NCBI GenBank assembly: GCA_964291655.2
Contig: OZ219802.1
Span: forward strand, 160,001-224,000
DNA: 64,000 nt
From: Chloroflexota bacterium
GTDB taxonomy: Bacteria; Chloroflexota; UBA11872; VXOZ01
Reading direction: 5' to 3'
The notes beneath the pieces are model-generated. The model was not told the origin of the DNA and did not search any database. It worked only from the letters and a program-made list of their open reading frames with translations. The translations under genes were made by a program, and so were the position numbers. This document shows positions 10,120-20,457 of the stretch, piece after piece (the first letter of the stretch is position 1; every line of letters starts with the position of its first letter).

Positions 10120-10180
10120 CAACGATTTGCCTAGTGGACGAGTGGTCTCAAAATTCTGCGGTGGGTGAGAAGAGGGAAAG

Positions 10181-12742
10181 ATGCCGGTAACACTGACAGT
10201 TGACGGTCAAGAGGTAACGGTACCTGACGGGTCGACAATCCTCGATGCCGCGCGCAAGGCTGGTATCTACATTCCTACACTCTGTTTTGATACCTTCCTC
10301 AAGCCGTACGGCGCCTGCCGCATGTGCGTGGTTGAGGTCGAACGGGCCCCTAAGCCGCTCTCTTCCTGCAATACCATGGCCATGGACGGCATGGTGGTGA
10401 GCACCAAGACCGACCCGGTGGTGCATGCGCAGCAAGGCATCATGGAGATGACCCTACAGCACCACCCGCTCGACTGCCCGTATTGCGACAAGTCCGGTGT
10501 CTGCGACTTGCAGCACACCGCTTATGAGGTGGGCGTATACCGCAGCAAGTTGGGCAGCGACAATCCAAACGAACCGGACCACGAATTCAGCCCTCTAATC
10601 GAGTGGGACCCAAACCGCTGCATCTATTGCGGCAAGTGCGTGCGAGTCTGCGATGAAAGAGTCGGAGATAGCGCCCTTACCTTTAATCTGCGCGGCTTCC
10701 ACAGCTATATCGGCACGCAGTTCGATGAGCCGCTGGACTGCGTCGAGTGCGGAGAGTGTATTGAGGTCTGTCCGGTTGGCGCTCTGCTGAGCCGGCCCTT
10801 CATGCACAGCGGCCGCGCATGGCAGGTGCACCAGAGCGAGTCTATCTGCAACCACTGCAGCGTTGGCTGCCAGATGCACGTGGAGACGCGCATGGGCGAG
10901 GTGCTGCGCACAAAAGCGAATCCGGCGCTCCGCGACCAAACTCCGGTAAACACGCGAGACCGGGGCCCTGGAGACGGCATGCTCTGCACGCGCGGACGCT
11001 TTGGCTACGACTACATTCATGATGACGCGCGCGTGACTCAACCGCTGGTGCGCAGAGACGGTCAACTTGAAGCCGCAAGCTGGGACGAAGCGCTCAGTTT
11101 GGTCGCGGCGCAAATCACGGAAGCAAAAGCGCAGAGTGGACCCGATTCCGTAGCGGCCATTACCTCCGGGCGGCTCTCAGATGAAGAAAACTATCTCGTG
11201 TCGCGTCTCATGCGGGACGTCATCGGTACCAACAACGTAGACAGCACTGAGCGCTGGACGTTCATACCCACCCTCAGCACCTTAGGACCTGCCGCCTTCA
11301 ACTTCAGTATCGACCAGATGCAGCACATGGATGCTTTCTTGGTCGTCGGTGGCGACATTATGGAAAGCCATGATGTGCTTGGTATGCGCATGCGGCAGTG
11401 GGTACGCGACCAAGGAAAATCGCTTATCCAGGTCAGTAGCTTGCCGAGCAGACAGGACAACCGCTTCGCTAGCCATGTGTTGCGTGTGCGCCCGGGATCG
11501 GAAGAGCACCTGGTTCAAGGACTAGCCGGTGATATTTTGCGCCGATCAGAGAACGATAACGCGCCGGAGGAATTGCGTGGCTATACTCTGGAGAGCGCTG
11601 CCACAGATACCGGTATCGCTGCGGAGGAGATCGGCCAGGTTGCAGAATTACTCGCGCAGGCTGGCAACGTCGGCATAGTCTGGGCCCTCGGCAATTGGCT
11701 GATTGGCAGCGCCGAGAGCTTTGCTCAAGCGGCGGCCAATCTCAAGTTAGCCTTGCCAAGTGCAGACCTCTTCCCGCTGGCCAATAAGGCAAACTCCAGA
11801 GGCTTGGTGCAAATGGGCGCGGGAGCAGACATACTGCCGAATTTCCGCAGCGTTGATGACGCCCAGGCTCGCAGCGCGCTGGGCAGGCTGTGGGACGTGG
11901 TGCTGCCAGATTCTCAGGGACTAACAGTTGACGATCTCTTGGCCGGCGCCGATGTTGCTGTGCTCTTCGTAATTGGAGAGGATTTAGCCGCGAGTGCCCG
12001 CAATCGCAACCAAGCGCAAGCAACTCTTGAGCAAGCTGACTTTGTAGTAGTGCAAGACATCTTCGTAAGTAGCACGGCGGCGGAACACGCCGACGTCGTT
12101 TTGCCTGCCGTCAGCTTTGCGGAGAAGACCGGGACGTACACCAATTTGGAGGGGCGGTCTCAACGAGCCCAAGCGGCAATCCCGCCCGTAGGCGAAGCGA
12201 AACCCGATTGGCAAATATTGACTGAACTTGCGCTACAGCTTGGCGCGCAGTGGACATATCGGAATTCGGACTCGGTTGCGCAGGAAATTGCTGCAGTGTT
12301 GGCTGACATCCCCATTACGCACAGCACGCAGGGCTTCGGCTGGCAGGATCTCCCCACGCTCCCAAGCGTGAATGGAGACGGCAAGCTGCTCTTGGTAACC
12401 CAAGACCACCTCTTCGTGCCGGGAATTACCGGACGCTACAGTAGCAACTTGCGCCGGATGGTCGCAGAGCCGATAGCTGAATTGCATCCGGCACAGTTAG
12501 ACCGCATCGGCGTTCGAGACGGCGAAAAGGTAGGCATTCAGGCGAACGGCGCCGATCTGGTAGTTACTGCGAAAGCCAATGACCGATTGGCGGAAGACAT
12601 TGTCTATGTTCCCGTTGGCTTCCCGGATGCGCCGGTGGGCGCATTGCTAGGAGCGGAAGCCGCGGTGGCGGTATCAGTGCGAGCCGCAGTTACGTCATCT
12701 ACAGCGGCGGCGTCGAAGCCGACGACGCCGGGACAGAGGTGA
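10181..12742 (+). CDS. nuoG: NuoG-like Fe-S subunit (molybdopterin-oxidoreductase fold)
   Basis: IPTLC, GACRMC, HPLDCPYCDKSGVC, CIYCGKC, CVECGECIEVCP and CNHCSVGC (N7-type) cluster motifs; VVLP..FAEKTGTYTNLEGR. Confidence 0.9.
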   Translation: MPVTLTVDGQEVTVPDGSTILDAARKAGIYIPTLCFDTFLKPYGACRMCVVEVERAPKPLSSCNTMAMDGMVVSTKTDPVVHAQQGIMEMTLQHHPLDCPYCDKSGVCDLQHTAYEVGVYRSKLGSDNPNEPDHEFSPLIEWDPNRCIYCGKCVRVCDERVGDSALTFNLRGFHSYIGTQFDEPLDCVECGECIEVCPVGALLSRPFMHSGRAWQVHQSESICNHCSVGCQMHVETRMGEVLRTKANPALRDQTPVNTRDRGPGDGMLCTRGRFGYDYIHDDARVTQPLVRRDGQLEAASWDEALSLVAAQITEAKAQSGPDSVAAITSGRLSDEENYLVSRLMRDVIGTNNVDSTERWTFIPTLSTLGPAAFNFSIDQMQHMDAFLVVGGDIMESHDVLGMRMRQWVRDQGKSLIQVSSLPSRQDNRFASHVLRVRPGSEEHLVQGLAGDILRRSENDNAPEELRGYTLESAATDTGIAAEEIGQVAELLAQAGNVGIVWALGNWLIGSAESFAQAAANLKLALPSADLFPLANKANSRGLVQMGAGADILPNFRSVDDAQARSALGRLWDVVLPDSQGLTVDDLLAGADVAVLFVIGEDLAASARNRNQAQATLEQADFVVVQDIFVSSTAAEHADVVLPAVSFAEKTGTYTNLEGRSQRAQAAIPPVGEAKPDWQILTELALQLGAQWTYRNSDSVAQEIAAVLADIPITHSTQGFGWQDLPTLPSVNGDGKLLLVTQDHLFVPGITGRYSSNLRRMVAEPIAELHPAQLDRIGVRDGEKVGIQANGADLVVTAKANDRLAEDIVYVPVGFPDAPVGALLGAEAAVAVSVRAAVTSSTAAASKPTTPGQR

Positions 12743-12757
12743 ATTAGGAACTGATTC

Positions 12758-13777
12758 ATGACTGAGCTTGTCATTGCCGTAATCTTCAAGTCGTTCATCG
12801 CCTTCCTGGTTCCGCTGCTGGCCGTGCCGCCCCTGATTTGGGCAGAACGTCGCATTCTGGGCCGCATCCAGTCACGAGTTGGCCCCAACCGCGTCGGCCC
12901 CTTTGGCCTATTCCAAACGCTGGCCGATGCCGTCAAGCTCTTGGGCAAAGAAGACATGATTCCGGCAGGTGCAGATCGTGCGCTCTTCATTCTCGCGCCG
13001 TTTCTGCTCTTGGTTCCGTCGTTTATGGCTTGGTCTGTGGTGCCGATTGGCACCGAGCTGCACATCTTTGGACGAGTCATCGGCCTCTATCCCACTGATC
13101 TTAACGTCGGCGTGCTCTACATCGTGGCGCTAACGTCCGTTGCGGTATACGGCATCGTTATGGCCGGCTGGGCGTCCAATAGCAAGTACGCCTTGTTGGG
13201 TAGCCTCCGGTCGAGCGCACAGATGATTAGCTATGAGATTATGCTTGGCTTGGCGCTCGTCGGTGTTGTGGTGCTCGCCGGGTCGCTCTCCTTGCCGGAG
13301 ATTGTGCGACAGCAGCAGGTGCCATACGCTATACCGCTGTTTATCGGCGCATTTGTCTTTGTTTGCGCCGCGTTGGCGGAAACCAACCGCGCCCCCTTTG
13401 ACTTACCGGAAGCGGAAACCGAGCTTGTGTCCGGCTATCACGTAGAGTACTCCGGCGCGCGGTTCATGTTCTTCTTCCTGGCCGAGTATGCAAATATGGT
13501 GCTCGTCTCCTTCTTGGTGAGTGCGGTGTTCTTGGGCGGAGGATGGCCGGCCCAGTTGCTGGAGCCATATATCGGCCATCTCTTCACAACCTTGCTTGCT
13601 GTTGGCATCATGATGGGCAAAGTCCTGCTCTTTCTTTTCTTTTACTTTTGGATCCGCGCCACGTTGCCGCGGTTTCGCTACGATCAAATGATGAACTTTT
13701 GCTGGAAAGTGCTTTTGCCGCTGGGACTGGTGAACCTTGCAGTCGCAACAGTGCTAAAACTGACTGTTTACGCCTGA
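12758..13777 (+). CDS. nuoH: NADH-quinone oxidoreductase subunit H
   Basis: RVGPNRVGPFGLFQ, AETNRAPFDLPEAE, PRFRYDQ. Confidence 0.97.
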   Translation: MTELVIAVIFKSFIAFLVPLLAVPPLIWAERRILGRIQSRVGPNRVGPFGLFQTLADAVKLLGKEDMIPAGADRALFILAPFLLLVPSFMAWSVVPIGTELHIFGRVIGLYPTDLNVGVLYIVALTSVAVYGIVMAGWASNSKYALLGSLRSSAQMISYEIMLGLALVGVVVLAGSLSLPEIVRQQQVPYAIPLFIGAFVFVCAALAETNRAPFDLPEAETELVSGYHVEYSGARFMFFFLAEYANMVLVSFLVSAVFLGGGWPAQLLEPYIGHLFTTLLAVGIMMGKVLLFLFFYFWIRATLPRFRYDQMMNFCWKVLLPLGLVNLAVATVLKLTVYA

Positions 13778-13802
13778 ACCTAACTTCCGGAAAGGAGCCG
13801 CT

Positions 13803-14261
13803 ATGAGTTTTCGGATCGACTCGCTGCTGCCAATAGCGAGAGGGCTCAGTGTTACCCTCCGTGAGTTCTTCCGGCAGCCGGTAACAATCCGCTATCCGGA
13901 GGAGAAACGGCCCCTCTCTGCGATCTTTCGCGGTGCTGTTGGCATGCGGCGCAGGCCGGACGGTCGGCCGAAGTGCGTGGGCTGCGGCCTTTGCGAGACT
14001 GCGTGTCCGAACGAGTGCATTACCATCACGACGGAGTCGAATCCCGCACAACCTACCGATAAAGTGGTAACGTCATATACGCTTGACATCGGTCGCTGCC
14101 TCTTCTGTGGACTGTGTGTCGAAGCCTGTCCGGTGGAGGCATTGGAAATGACGAACGCGTACAATTTCTCTACGGATGACCGCAGTACACTCATCTACGA
14201 CGTTGATCGCCTGATGGACTTGGTGGACAAGCAAGGCAAGGAGGTAGCTACGCTTGAATAG
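13803..14261 (+). CDS. nuoI: NADH-quinone oxidoreductase subunit I
   Basis: Two CxxCxxCxxxCP motifs; VTIRYPEE. Confidence 0.96.
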   Translation: MSFRIDSLLPIARGLSVTLREFFRQPVTIRYPEEKRPLSAIFRGAVGMRRRPDGRPKCVGCGLCETACPNECITITTESNPAQPTDKVVTSYTLDIGRCLFCGLCVEACPVEALEMTNAYNFSTDDRSTLIYDVDRLMDLVDKQGKEVATLE

Positions 14262-14877
14262 CGAAACCTTGCTTACGTTGATTTTTGCGTACCTTGCAGT
14301 GGCGTGCGTCGCGCTAGCCGTGCTCGTGATCATGCTGCGCAATCCGGTCCAATGCGCGCTGGCACTTGTTGGTGTTGTATTCCATCTTGCGGGAATCTTT
14401 ATCCTGCTTCGCGCCGAATTTCTTGCCGTAGCACATATTATTATTTACGCCGGCGCCATAATCGTGCTCTTCCTCTTCACCATGATGCTGCTGAATCTTG
14501 GTGTAGTTGAGCGTGCGCGTCAGTTCCACGTCCAAGCGCCTCTCGCAATTGTGATTGGCGCAATTCTCTTTCTGGAGTTCATAGTCCTCACCGGGGCTAC
14601 TATTACGGTGGGAGCCTCGGGTCCCCACACGCCGGCCTGGGTGGTTGGACAGGGCGGCAACGTGCAAGCCTTGGGGCAAGTGCTCTTCCGCGACTATTTG
14701 CTTCCCTTCGAGGTAGCTTCGGTCTTGCTGACTGCTGCCGTAGTCGGCGCGATAGTCTTGGCAAGACAGAAGCCGAGACGACCCCGCTCATCCTCGCAGA
14801 TGGGTGTGGGGGAGTGGATGGCGGAACGGTACGAGAAAGCAAAACAACGAGAACAAGATCCGGCCAAGCCGCGTTGA
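14254..14877 (+). CDS. nuoJ: NADH-quinone oxidoreductase subunit J
   Basis: RNPV, YAGAIIVLFLF, PFEVASVLL; TTG start with AGGAGG. Confidence 0.95.
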   Translation: MNSETLLTLIFAYLAVACVALAVLVIMLRNPVQCALALVGVVFHLAGIFILLRAEFLAVAHIIIYAGAIIVLFLFTMMLLNLGVVERARQFHVQAPLAIVIGAILFLEFIVLTGATITVGASGPHTPAWVVGQGGNVQALGQVLFRDYLLPFEVASVLLTAAVVGAIVLARQKPRRPRSSSQMGVGEWMAERYEKAKQREQDPAKPR

Positions 14878-14894
14878 GGAGCTAGTCGACCTAA

Positions 14895-15203
14895 ATGATC
14901 ATCCCGGCCTTGGAGTATTACTTGGTGCTGGGTGCGGCACTCTTTATCATCGGTCTGCTCGGTGTGCTGGTGCGGCGCAATTTACTGATTGTATTTATGT
15001 CGATTGAACTCATTTTATTGGGAGCAAACGTCACATTTGTTGGATTTGCCGTAGCTCTGAACAACATGCTGGGGCAAGCCTTCGTCATATTTTCCTTGAC
15101 CGTAGCCGCTGCTGAAGCGGCGGTTGGGCTCGCCACAATCGTGGCGTTGTCGCGCCACAGGGATTCGCTCAATGTTGATGAAATTGACACTCTCAAGGGG
15201 TAA
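14895..15203 (+). CDS. nuoK: NADH-quinone oxidoreductase subunit K
   Basis: RRNL, IEL, AAAEAAVGLA. Confidence 0.96.
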   Translation: MIIPALEYYLVLGAALFIIGLLGVLVRRNLLIVFMSIELILLGANVTFVGFAVALNNMLGQAFVIFSLTVAAAEAAVGLATIVALSRHRDSLNVDEIDTLKG

Positions 15204-15218
15204 AGGCGCGCAGAAGCA

Positions 15219-17126
15219 ATGACCGATGTTGCCTGGCTAATTCCGCTCCTGCCGTTAGTCGCGTTTGCGATAAATGGCCTCTTTGGACGCGCTTACCTAA
15301 AGAAGCACACCGGTCTCATTGCCAACGCGGGTGTGCTGGGGGCACTTGTCGTAACCGTGGCCCTCTTCATCACCCACTTGGACCATGCGGAACCGGCCAC
15401 GGTTTCACTGTGGACGTGGGCCGTTTCCGGCGACTTTGCCTTGGACATCGCATTGCGCGTGGACGCCCTGACGCTTGTCATGCTCTTGGTGGTCACGAGC
15501 GTGTCGTTCATGGTTCACGTCTACTCGATTGGCTACATGGCCAACGACCCCGGTTTTTGGCGGTTCTTCACCTATCTGCCGCTATTCGTCTTTGCAATGA
15601 TCATGCTCGTGATGGCGACAAACTTGCTCGTCCTGTTCGTTTTCTGGGAAGCCGTCGGCTTGTGCTCCTACCTGCTGATTGGCTTTGGGTTCGAACGCCA
15701 GTCGGCTTCCGCGGCAGCCATCAAGGCCTTCCTTACGAACCGCATCGGCGATGTGGGCTTCCTGATCGGTCTCATATTGGCATGGCATGTCTTTGGGACG
15801 CTGGACTATGACGAGATCTTCGCGCAAGCTCCGGCGATTGCGGCTGCGATGCCGGGCATGCTCACCCTCATATGTCTCTTGCTTTTCGTGGGAGCCATGG
15901 GCAAGTCGGCGCAATTTCCGCTGCACGTCTGGCTGCCCGATGCAATGGAAGGTCCGACACCGGTGAGCGCCTTGATCCACGCCGCCACAATGGTGACGGC
16001 AGGCGTCTATATGGTAGCCCGCTTCAATCCGCTCTACGTGCTGACACCGAACGCAATGATGGTGGTAGCACTTGTCGGCGCATTCACTGCCCTCTTTGCG
16101 GCTACGATCAGCCTGGCCCAGAACGACATCAAACGAGTCCTTGCGTTTTCTACGGTCAGCCAGCTCGGTCTCATGTTCATGGCTCTCGGCGTGGGGGCCT
16201 TCACCGCGGCAATCTTCCACCTGGCTACGCACGCCTTCTTCAAAGGTCTCCTGTTCCTTGGCTCAGGTTCCGTGATTCACGGTACCAATGAGGAACAGAA
16301 CATGCAGCGTATGGGCGGCCTCTTTGGAAAGATGCCTGTCACTGGAACCACGTACATCATTGGCGGCCTGGCGCTGTCCGGTATCATCCCGCTGGCGGGC
16401 TTCTGGAGCAAGGACGAATTGCTGGGAGCCACGTTACTTTCCGGTCAACTTGGCTATCTTCTCTTCTTCTTGGGGGCCTCGGCCTCATTCCTGACAGCCG
16501 TATACACGTTCCGTATGATATTCCTTACCTTCTTTGGCAAGACCCGCATGGAGACGGAGCGTCATTCGCATGTTCACGAATCGCCCCGGGTGATGACGAT
16601 TCCGCTCATCGTCCTGGCAGTGGGCGCAATAGGAGCCGGTATTGTTGGCATTCCGCCGGAGCACGGGCTAATTCACAACTACCTCCACGACACGTTCTTG
16701 TCGGCTGAGCTTGCCGGATTGGTCCACAAGCCGTCAACGGCATTTGTGCTCGCGTTGATGGGTGTATCTACACTCATAGCGGTGTTTGGAATCCTCATCA
16801 CCTACAGCATCCACATACGCAGATCTCCGTCGCCGGAGGCTGTCGCCGGCGCGACCCCGTTCATCCATGCCCTCCTGGTCAACAAGTACTACCTGGACGA
16901 CTTCTACGACACGGTCCTGACGGGCGGAACGAAGGGCGTAGGCTGGCTCTTCGCCTGGTTCGACTTGAACGTCGTGGATGGACTGGTAAATCTCATTGGC
17001 TTGATTGTCAACGGCGTTGGCGGCGGCCTCCGCCGCATGCAGACCGGCCGCTTGGAAAACTATGCCTTTAGCGTTGTCCTCGGTACGGCGCTTGTGCTCG
17101 CTTTCTACATCATAATGGTGCGCTGA
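15219..17126 (+). CDS. nuoL: NADH-quinone oxidoreductase subunit L
   Basis: GKSAQFPLHVWLPDAMEGPTPVSALIHAATMV, HAFFK. Confidence 0.97.
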   Translation: MTDVAWLIPLLPLVAFAINGLFGRAYLKKHTGLIANAGVLGALVVTVALFITHLDHAEPATVSLWTWAVSGDFALDIALRVDALTLVMLLVVTSVSFMVHVYSIGYMANDPGFWRFFTYLPLFVFAMIMLVMATNLLVLFVFWEAVGLCSYLLIGFGFERQSASAAAIKAFLTNRIGDVGFLIGLILAWHVFGTLDYDEIFAQAPAIAAAMPGMLTLICLLLFVGAMGKSAQFPLHVWLPDAMEGPTPVSALIHAATMVTAGVYMVARFNPLYVLTPNAMMVVALVGAFTALFAATISLAQNDIKRVLAFSTVSQLGLMFMALGVGAFTAAIFHLATHAFFKGLLFLGSGSVIHGTNEEQNMQRMGGLFGKMPVTGTTYIIGGLALSGIIPLAGFWSKDELLGATLLSGQLGYLLFFLGASASFLTAVYTFRMIFLTFFGKTRMETERHSHVHESPRVMTIPLIVLAVGAIGAGIVGIPPEHGLIHNYLHDTFLSAELAGLVHKPSTAFVLALMGVSTLIAVFGILITYSIHIRRSPSPEAVAGATPFIHALLVNKYYLDDFYDTVLTGGTKGVGWLFAWFDLNVVDGLVNLIGLIVNGVGGGLRRMQTGRLENYAFSVVLGTALVLAFYIIMVR

Positions 17127-17136
17127 GGAAATCCCT

Positions 17137-18639
17137 GTGGAGTCATTCCCCATTCTCTCCCTCATTCTCTGGTTGCCGCTCATTGCAGCCGTAATCGTGC
17201 TGTTCCTTTCCGATCGCCGCGCGATGTTTGCGGTGTCCCTAGCAGGGGCCCTGCTTTCGCTCGTGCTGAGCGTTTTGGTATGGGCGAGCTTTGCTCCAGG
17301 CGCAGGCATGCAATTCCGCGAGACGTTCGATTGGCTGCCTGCCCTTGGCATTCAGTATGCGCTTGGCGTAGACGGCATAAGCCTTCTGATGGTGCTCCTG
17401 AATACGTTCCTGTTCTTCCTCTGCATCGTCTATGCATGGGCATCGGTTCACGATCGCGTGAAAGAATACCTCTTTACCATGCTCCTCTTGGAAGTGGGCA
17501 TAACGGGAGTATTTCTGGCGCTGGACTTCGTGCTCTTCTATGTCTTCTGGGAAATCATGCTTATTCCCATGTACGTGCTGATTGGCGTGTGGGGCGGAGA
17601 ACGCCGGGTGTATGCGACGGTTAAGTTCGTGCTGTACACGCTCTTTGGCAGTCTTCTCATGCTGGTTGCTATTCTGGCGCTCTATTTTGTGCACGGTAAT
17701 ACGACGGGCGTATACACGTTCGACATTCTCGAACTCACGCAAGGTACCTATGGTGAACGCTTCCAGCTTTGGGCGTTCCTGGCCTTCTTCCTCGCGTTTG
17801 CCATCAAGGTACCCATGGTGCCGTTCCACACATGGTTGCCGGATGCCCACGTGGAGGCGCCGACTACCGGCAGCGTCATTCTGGCCGGTATCCTGCTCAA
17901 GATGGGTGGCTACGGCTTTATTCGCTTTAGCCTGCCCCTTTTCCCCAGCGCAAGCCAGACAGCACAGACAGCCATTCTCGTGCTCTCCGTCATCGCGATT
18001 CTCTATGGCGCTTTGGTCGCATTGATGCAGACGGACCTTAAAAAGCTCATTGCCTACTCCTCAGTCAGCCACATGGGCTTTGTGACGCTGGGCATTTTCT
18101 CCTTTACGCAGCAGGGCCTCGACGGGGCCATCATGCAGATGTTTAGCCACGGCTTGGTGACGGGAGCGCTCTTCCTCTGTGTGGGGCAACTCTACGAGCG
18201 CACGCACGACCGGCTCATTGCCAACCTTGGCGGGCTTGCCCATCGGTGGCCGGTCTATGCCGTGCTCTTTCTCTTCTTCTCGCTCGCCTCAATCGGCTTA
18301 CCGGGACTATCGGGGTTTGTCGGCGAGTTCATGGTGCTGCTCGGGGCCTTCATGACCGGCACGCGCATCTTCGGTGTGCTGGCCGTGCTTGGCATCATTC
18401 TTTCCGCGGCTTACATGCTTTGGATGTATTGGCGGGTGATGCTGGGTTCATTGCGGGAAGCGCATCGCAAGCTAGAGGATCTTACACGACTTGAGACTGC
18501 GGTACTTGCCGCTCTCGCGTTGGTAATAGTGTGGGCAGGCGTGCAACCCCAGGGATTCATCGAGCTCTTCACTGCCGACACGAGCGGGATTGTAGAAGCA
18601 ATTGCAGCATCCGGAGTTACGAGCGCTCTGACAAGATAG
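17137..18639 (+). CDS. nuoM: NADH-quinone oxidoreductase subunit M
   Basis: PFHTWLPDAHVEAP, LLKMGGYG, YSSVSHMG. Confidence 0.97.
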   Translation: MESFPILSLILWLPLIAAVIVLFLSDRRAMFAVSLAGALLSLVLSVLVWASFAPGAGMQFRETFDWLPALGIQYALGVDGISLLMVLLNTFLFFLCIVYAWASVHDRVKEYLFTMLLLEVGITGVFLALDFVLFYVFWEIMLIPMYVLIGVWGGERRVYATVKFVLYTLFGSLLMLVAILALYFVHGNTTGVYTFDILELTQGTYGERFQLWAFLAFFLAFAIKVPMVPFHTWLPDAHVEAPTTGSVILAGILLKMGGYGFIRFSLPLFPSASQTAQTAILVLSVIAILYGALVALMQTDLKKLIAYSSVSHMGFVTLGIFSFTQQGLDGAIMQMFSHGLVTGALFLCVGQLYERTHDRLIANLGGLAHRWPVYAVLFLFFSLASIGLPGLSGFVGEFMVLLGAFMTGTRIFGVLAVLGIILSAAYMLWMYWRVMLGSLREAHRKLEDLTRLETAVLAALALVIVWAGVQPQGFIELFTADTSGIVEAIAASGVTSALTR

Positions 18640-18685
18640 CTCCTATTGGCCCGGTCTATCCGGGGCACGAGTGAGGACATAGCTA

Positions 18686-20161
18686 GTGCAAATAGAAGAC
18701 CTCATCAGCATCCTGCCCGAAATCATCATCACGGTGGTTGCCGCTTGCGTACTCATGGTGGACGCGTTCGGCGGCCGGCGGACTCATCGCGGCTTGTTGG
18801 GTCTGATTGTGGTTGGGAGTGTAGTCGCGATCCTCGTCACAGTCTTCGTGCGCGCTGACGGCGCAACTGCGTTTAGCGGTACCCTGCTGACAGATGGCTA
18901 CGCGGTATTCTTCAAAGTGCTCTTTCTCGCCATTGCCGCTCTCAGCATCGTGCTGGCGTTTGCGCAGTCGAAAGACGTTCCGTTTGCAGAGCTTGCGGCG
19001 CTCATTCTGTTCGCGACAGTCGGCATGCTTCTGCTGGGCGCAACGGGAGATCTGATCACGCTGTATCTTGGCATTGAGCTCACGTCTATTCCTGTCTACG
19101 TGCTCGTTGCCATCAAACGCGATCGATTCCGCGCGACGGAAGGCGCACTCAAGTATTTCCTGCTTGGCGCGTTTGCCTCCGGAGTTATGCTCTATGGTAT
19201 TGCCTGGCTCTTTGGCCTGACGGGCACAACGAATCTGGCGAATATGGCACTGTACGTGCAGAGCCAAGGTGCGGACAATCCCTGGTTCATGCTTGGACTC
19301 GGCCTCCTGCTTGCCGGTTTAGCGTTCAAAGTTGCTGCCGTTCCGTTCCACATGTGGACGCCTGACGCCTACCAAGGGGCGCCCACCCCGTCCACGGCAT
19401 TCCTGGCGGCCGGCGCCAAAATGGGCGCTATGGCGGGCCTTTTGCGGGTAGTTGTGCACGGACTCGGGCCCTGGCAGGACATGGTAGTGCCCATCGTGAT
19501 CGCGCTAGCCGTCGCAAGTATGATCGTCGGCAACTTTGTGGCCATCTGGCAACGAGACGTGAAGCGCTTGCTCGCGTACTCGTCGATTGCGCACACCGGA
19601 TATATGCTTGTTGCCATCGCGGTAGTGCATGCACAATCCGATGCTGGCGGACTCATGCGAGACGCCGTGGCGGCGATTCTGTTCTACGCCGCGGTGTATG
19701 CCTTGATGACGCTTGGTGCATTTGCCGTCACTTTCGCTGTGGAACGGCGCACCGGCGGCACGGAAATGGAGAACTTCCAAAACCTCGGTCGTTCTTCGCC
19801 TTTGCTGGCTGCTGCTATGGTGGTGTTCATGATCTCGCTTACCGGCATCCCACCGGCCGCGGGATTCTTTGGCAAGCTGTACTTGCTGCAAGTAGCCGTT
19901 AACGGCGGCTTGATTTGGGTGGCTGTCGTCCTTGTGCTGACAAGCACGGTATCGGCGTACTACTACCTGCGCGTTGTCGTTAACATGTACATGGTTGATG
20001 GGCAACCCCGCTTGCTTCCCGTTCCATCTTCCACCGCCATTGGCGCAGTGGTTGCCGTGGGCATCATTGGCACGCTTGTGCTCGGCATCTATCCCGCCGG
20101 AGCCATCGAGTGGGCGCAAGCCGCCTTTGAAGAGGTCGGCAAGCTGGCACTGTCACGCTAG
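18686..20161 (+). CDS. nuoN: NADH-quinone oxidoreductase subunit N
   Basis: EGALKYF, FKVAAVPFHMWTPDAYQGAP, KRLLAYSSIAH. Confidence 0.97.
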   Translation: MQIEDLISILPEIIITVVAACVLMVDAFGGRRTHRGLLGLIVVGSVVAILVTVFVRADGATAFSGTLLTDGYAVFFKVLFLAIAALSIVLAFAQSKDVPFAELAALILFATVGMLLLGATGDLITLYLGIELTSIPVYVLVAIKRDRFRATEGALKYFLLGAFASGVMLYGIAWLFGLTGTTNLANMALYVQSQGADNPWFMLGLGLLLAGLAFKVAAVPFHMWTPDAYQGAPTPSTAFLAAGAKMGAMAGLLRVVVHGLGPWQDMVVPIVIALAVASMIVGNFVAIWQRDVKRLLAYSSIAHTGYMLVAIAVVHAQSDAGGLMRDAVAAILFYAAVYALMTLGAFAVTFAVERRTGGTEMENFQNLGRSSPLLAAAMVVFMISLTGIPPAAGFFGKLYLLQVAVNGGLIWVAVVLVLTSTVSAYYYLRVVVNMYMVDGQPRLLPVPSSTAIGAVVAVGIIGTLVLGIYPAGAIEWAQAAFEEVGKLALSR

Positions 20162-20267
20162 ACTACGAGCCTCCTCACTCCCGGATGCCTCTGGTCTGGC
20201 CCACCACTGTTTGAGCCTCATGGCACGTGGCAGCCGCGCATCGTCTGGTATCATAGAAGACACACGA

Positions 20268-20342
20268 GCCCCCATAGCTCAGTGGATAGAGCACTGGCCT
20301 CCGGAGCCAGGAGCGGGCGTTCGAGTCGCCCTGGGGGTACCA
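20268..20342 (+). tRNA. tRNA-Arg(CCG)
   Basis: GCCCCCA/TGGGGGT acceptor stem, D arm, CTGGC-CTCCGGA-GCCAG anticodon arm, GGGCG-TTCGAGT-CGCCC T arm, encoded CCA. Confidence 0.97.
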
Positions 20343-20457
20343 AGACATCCATCTAGAGTGCCAGGTACATGCACGCATTTTCTCTTGACCTAGAAGGCTG
20401 ACTACCTTCCAGTACCGAGGCGAAACTTGCCTTCTATGCGTGAAAGCGGGGTGCATC

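Noticed and set aside
20320-20342. tRNA 3'-end duplication (attR) marking an island
   Set aside because: No second copy was seen in the window.
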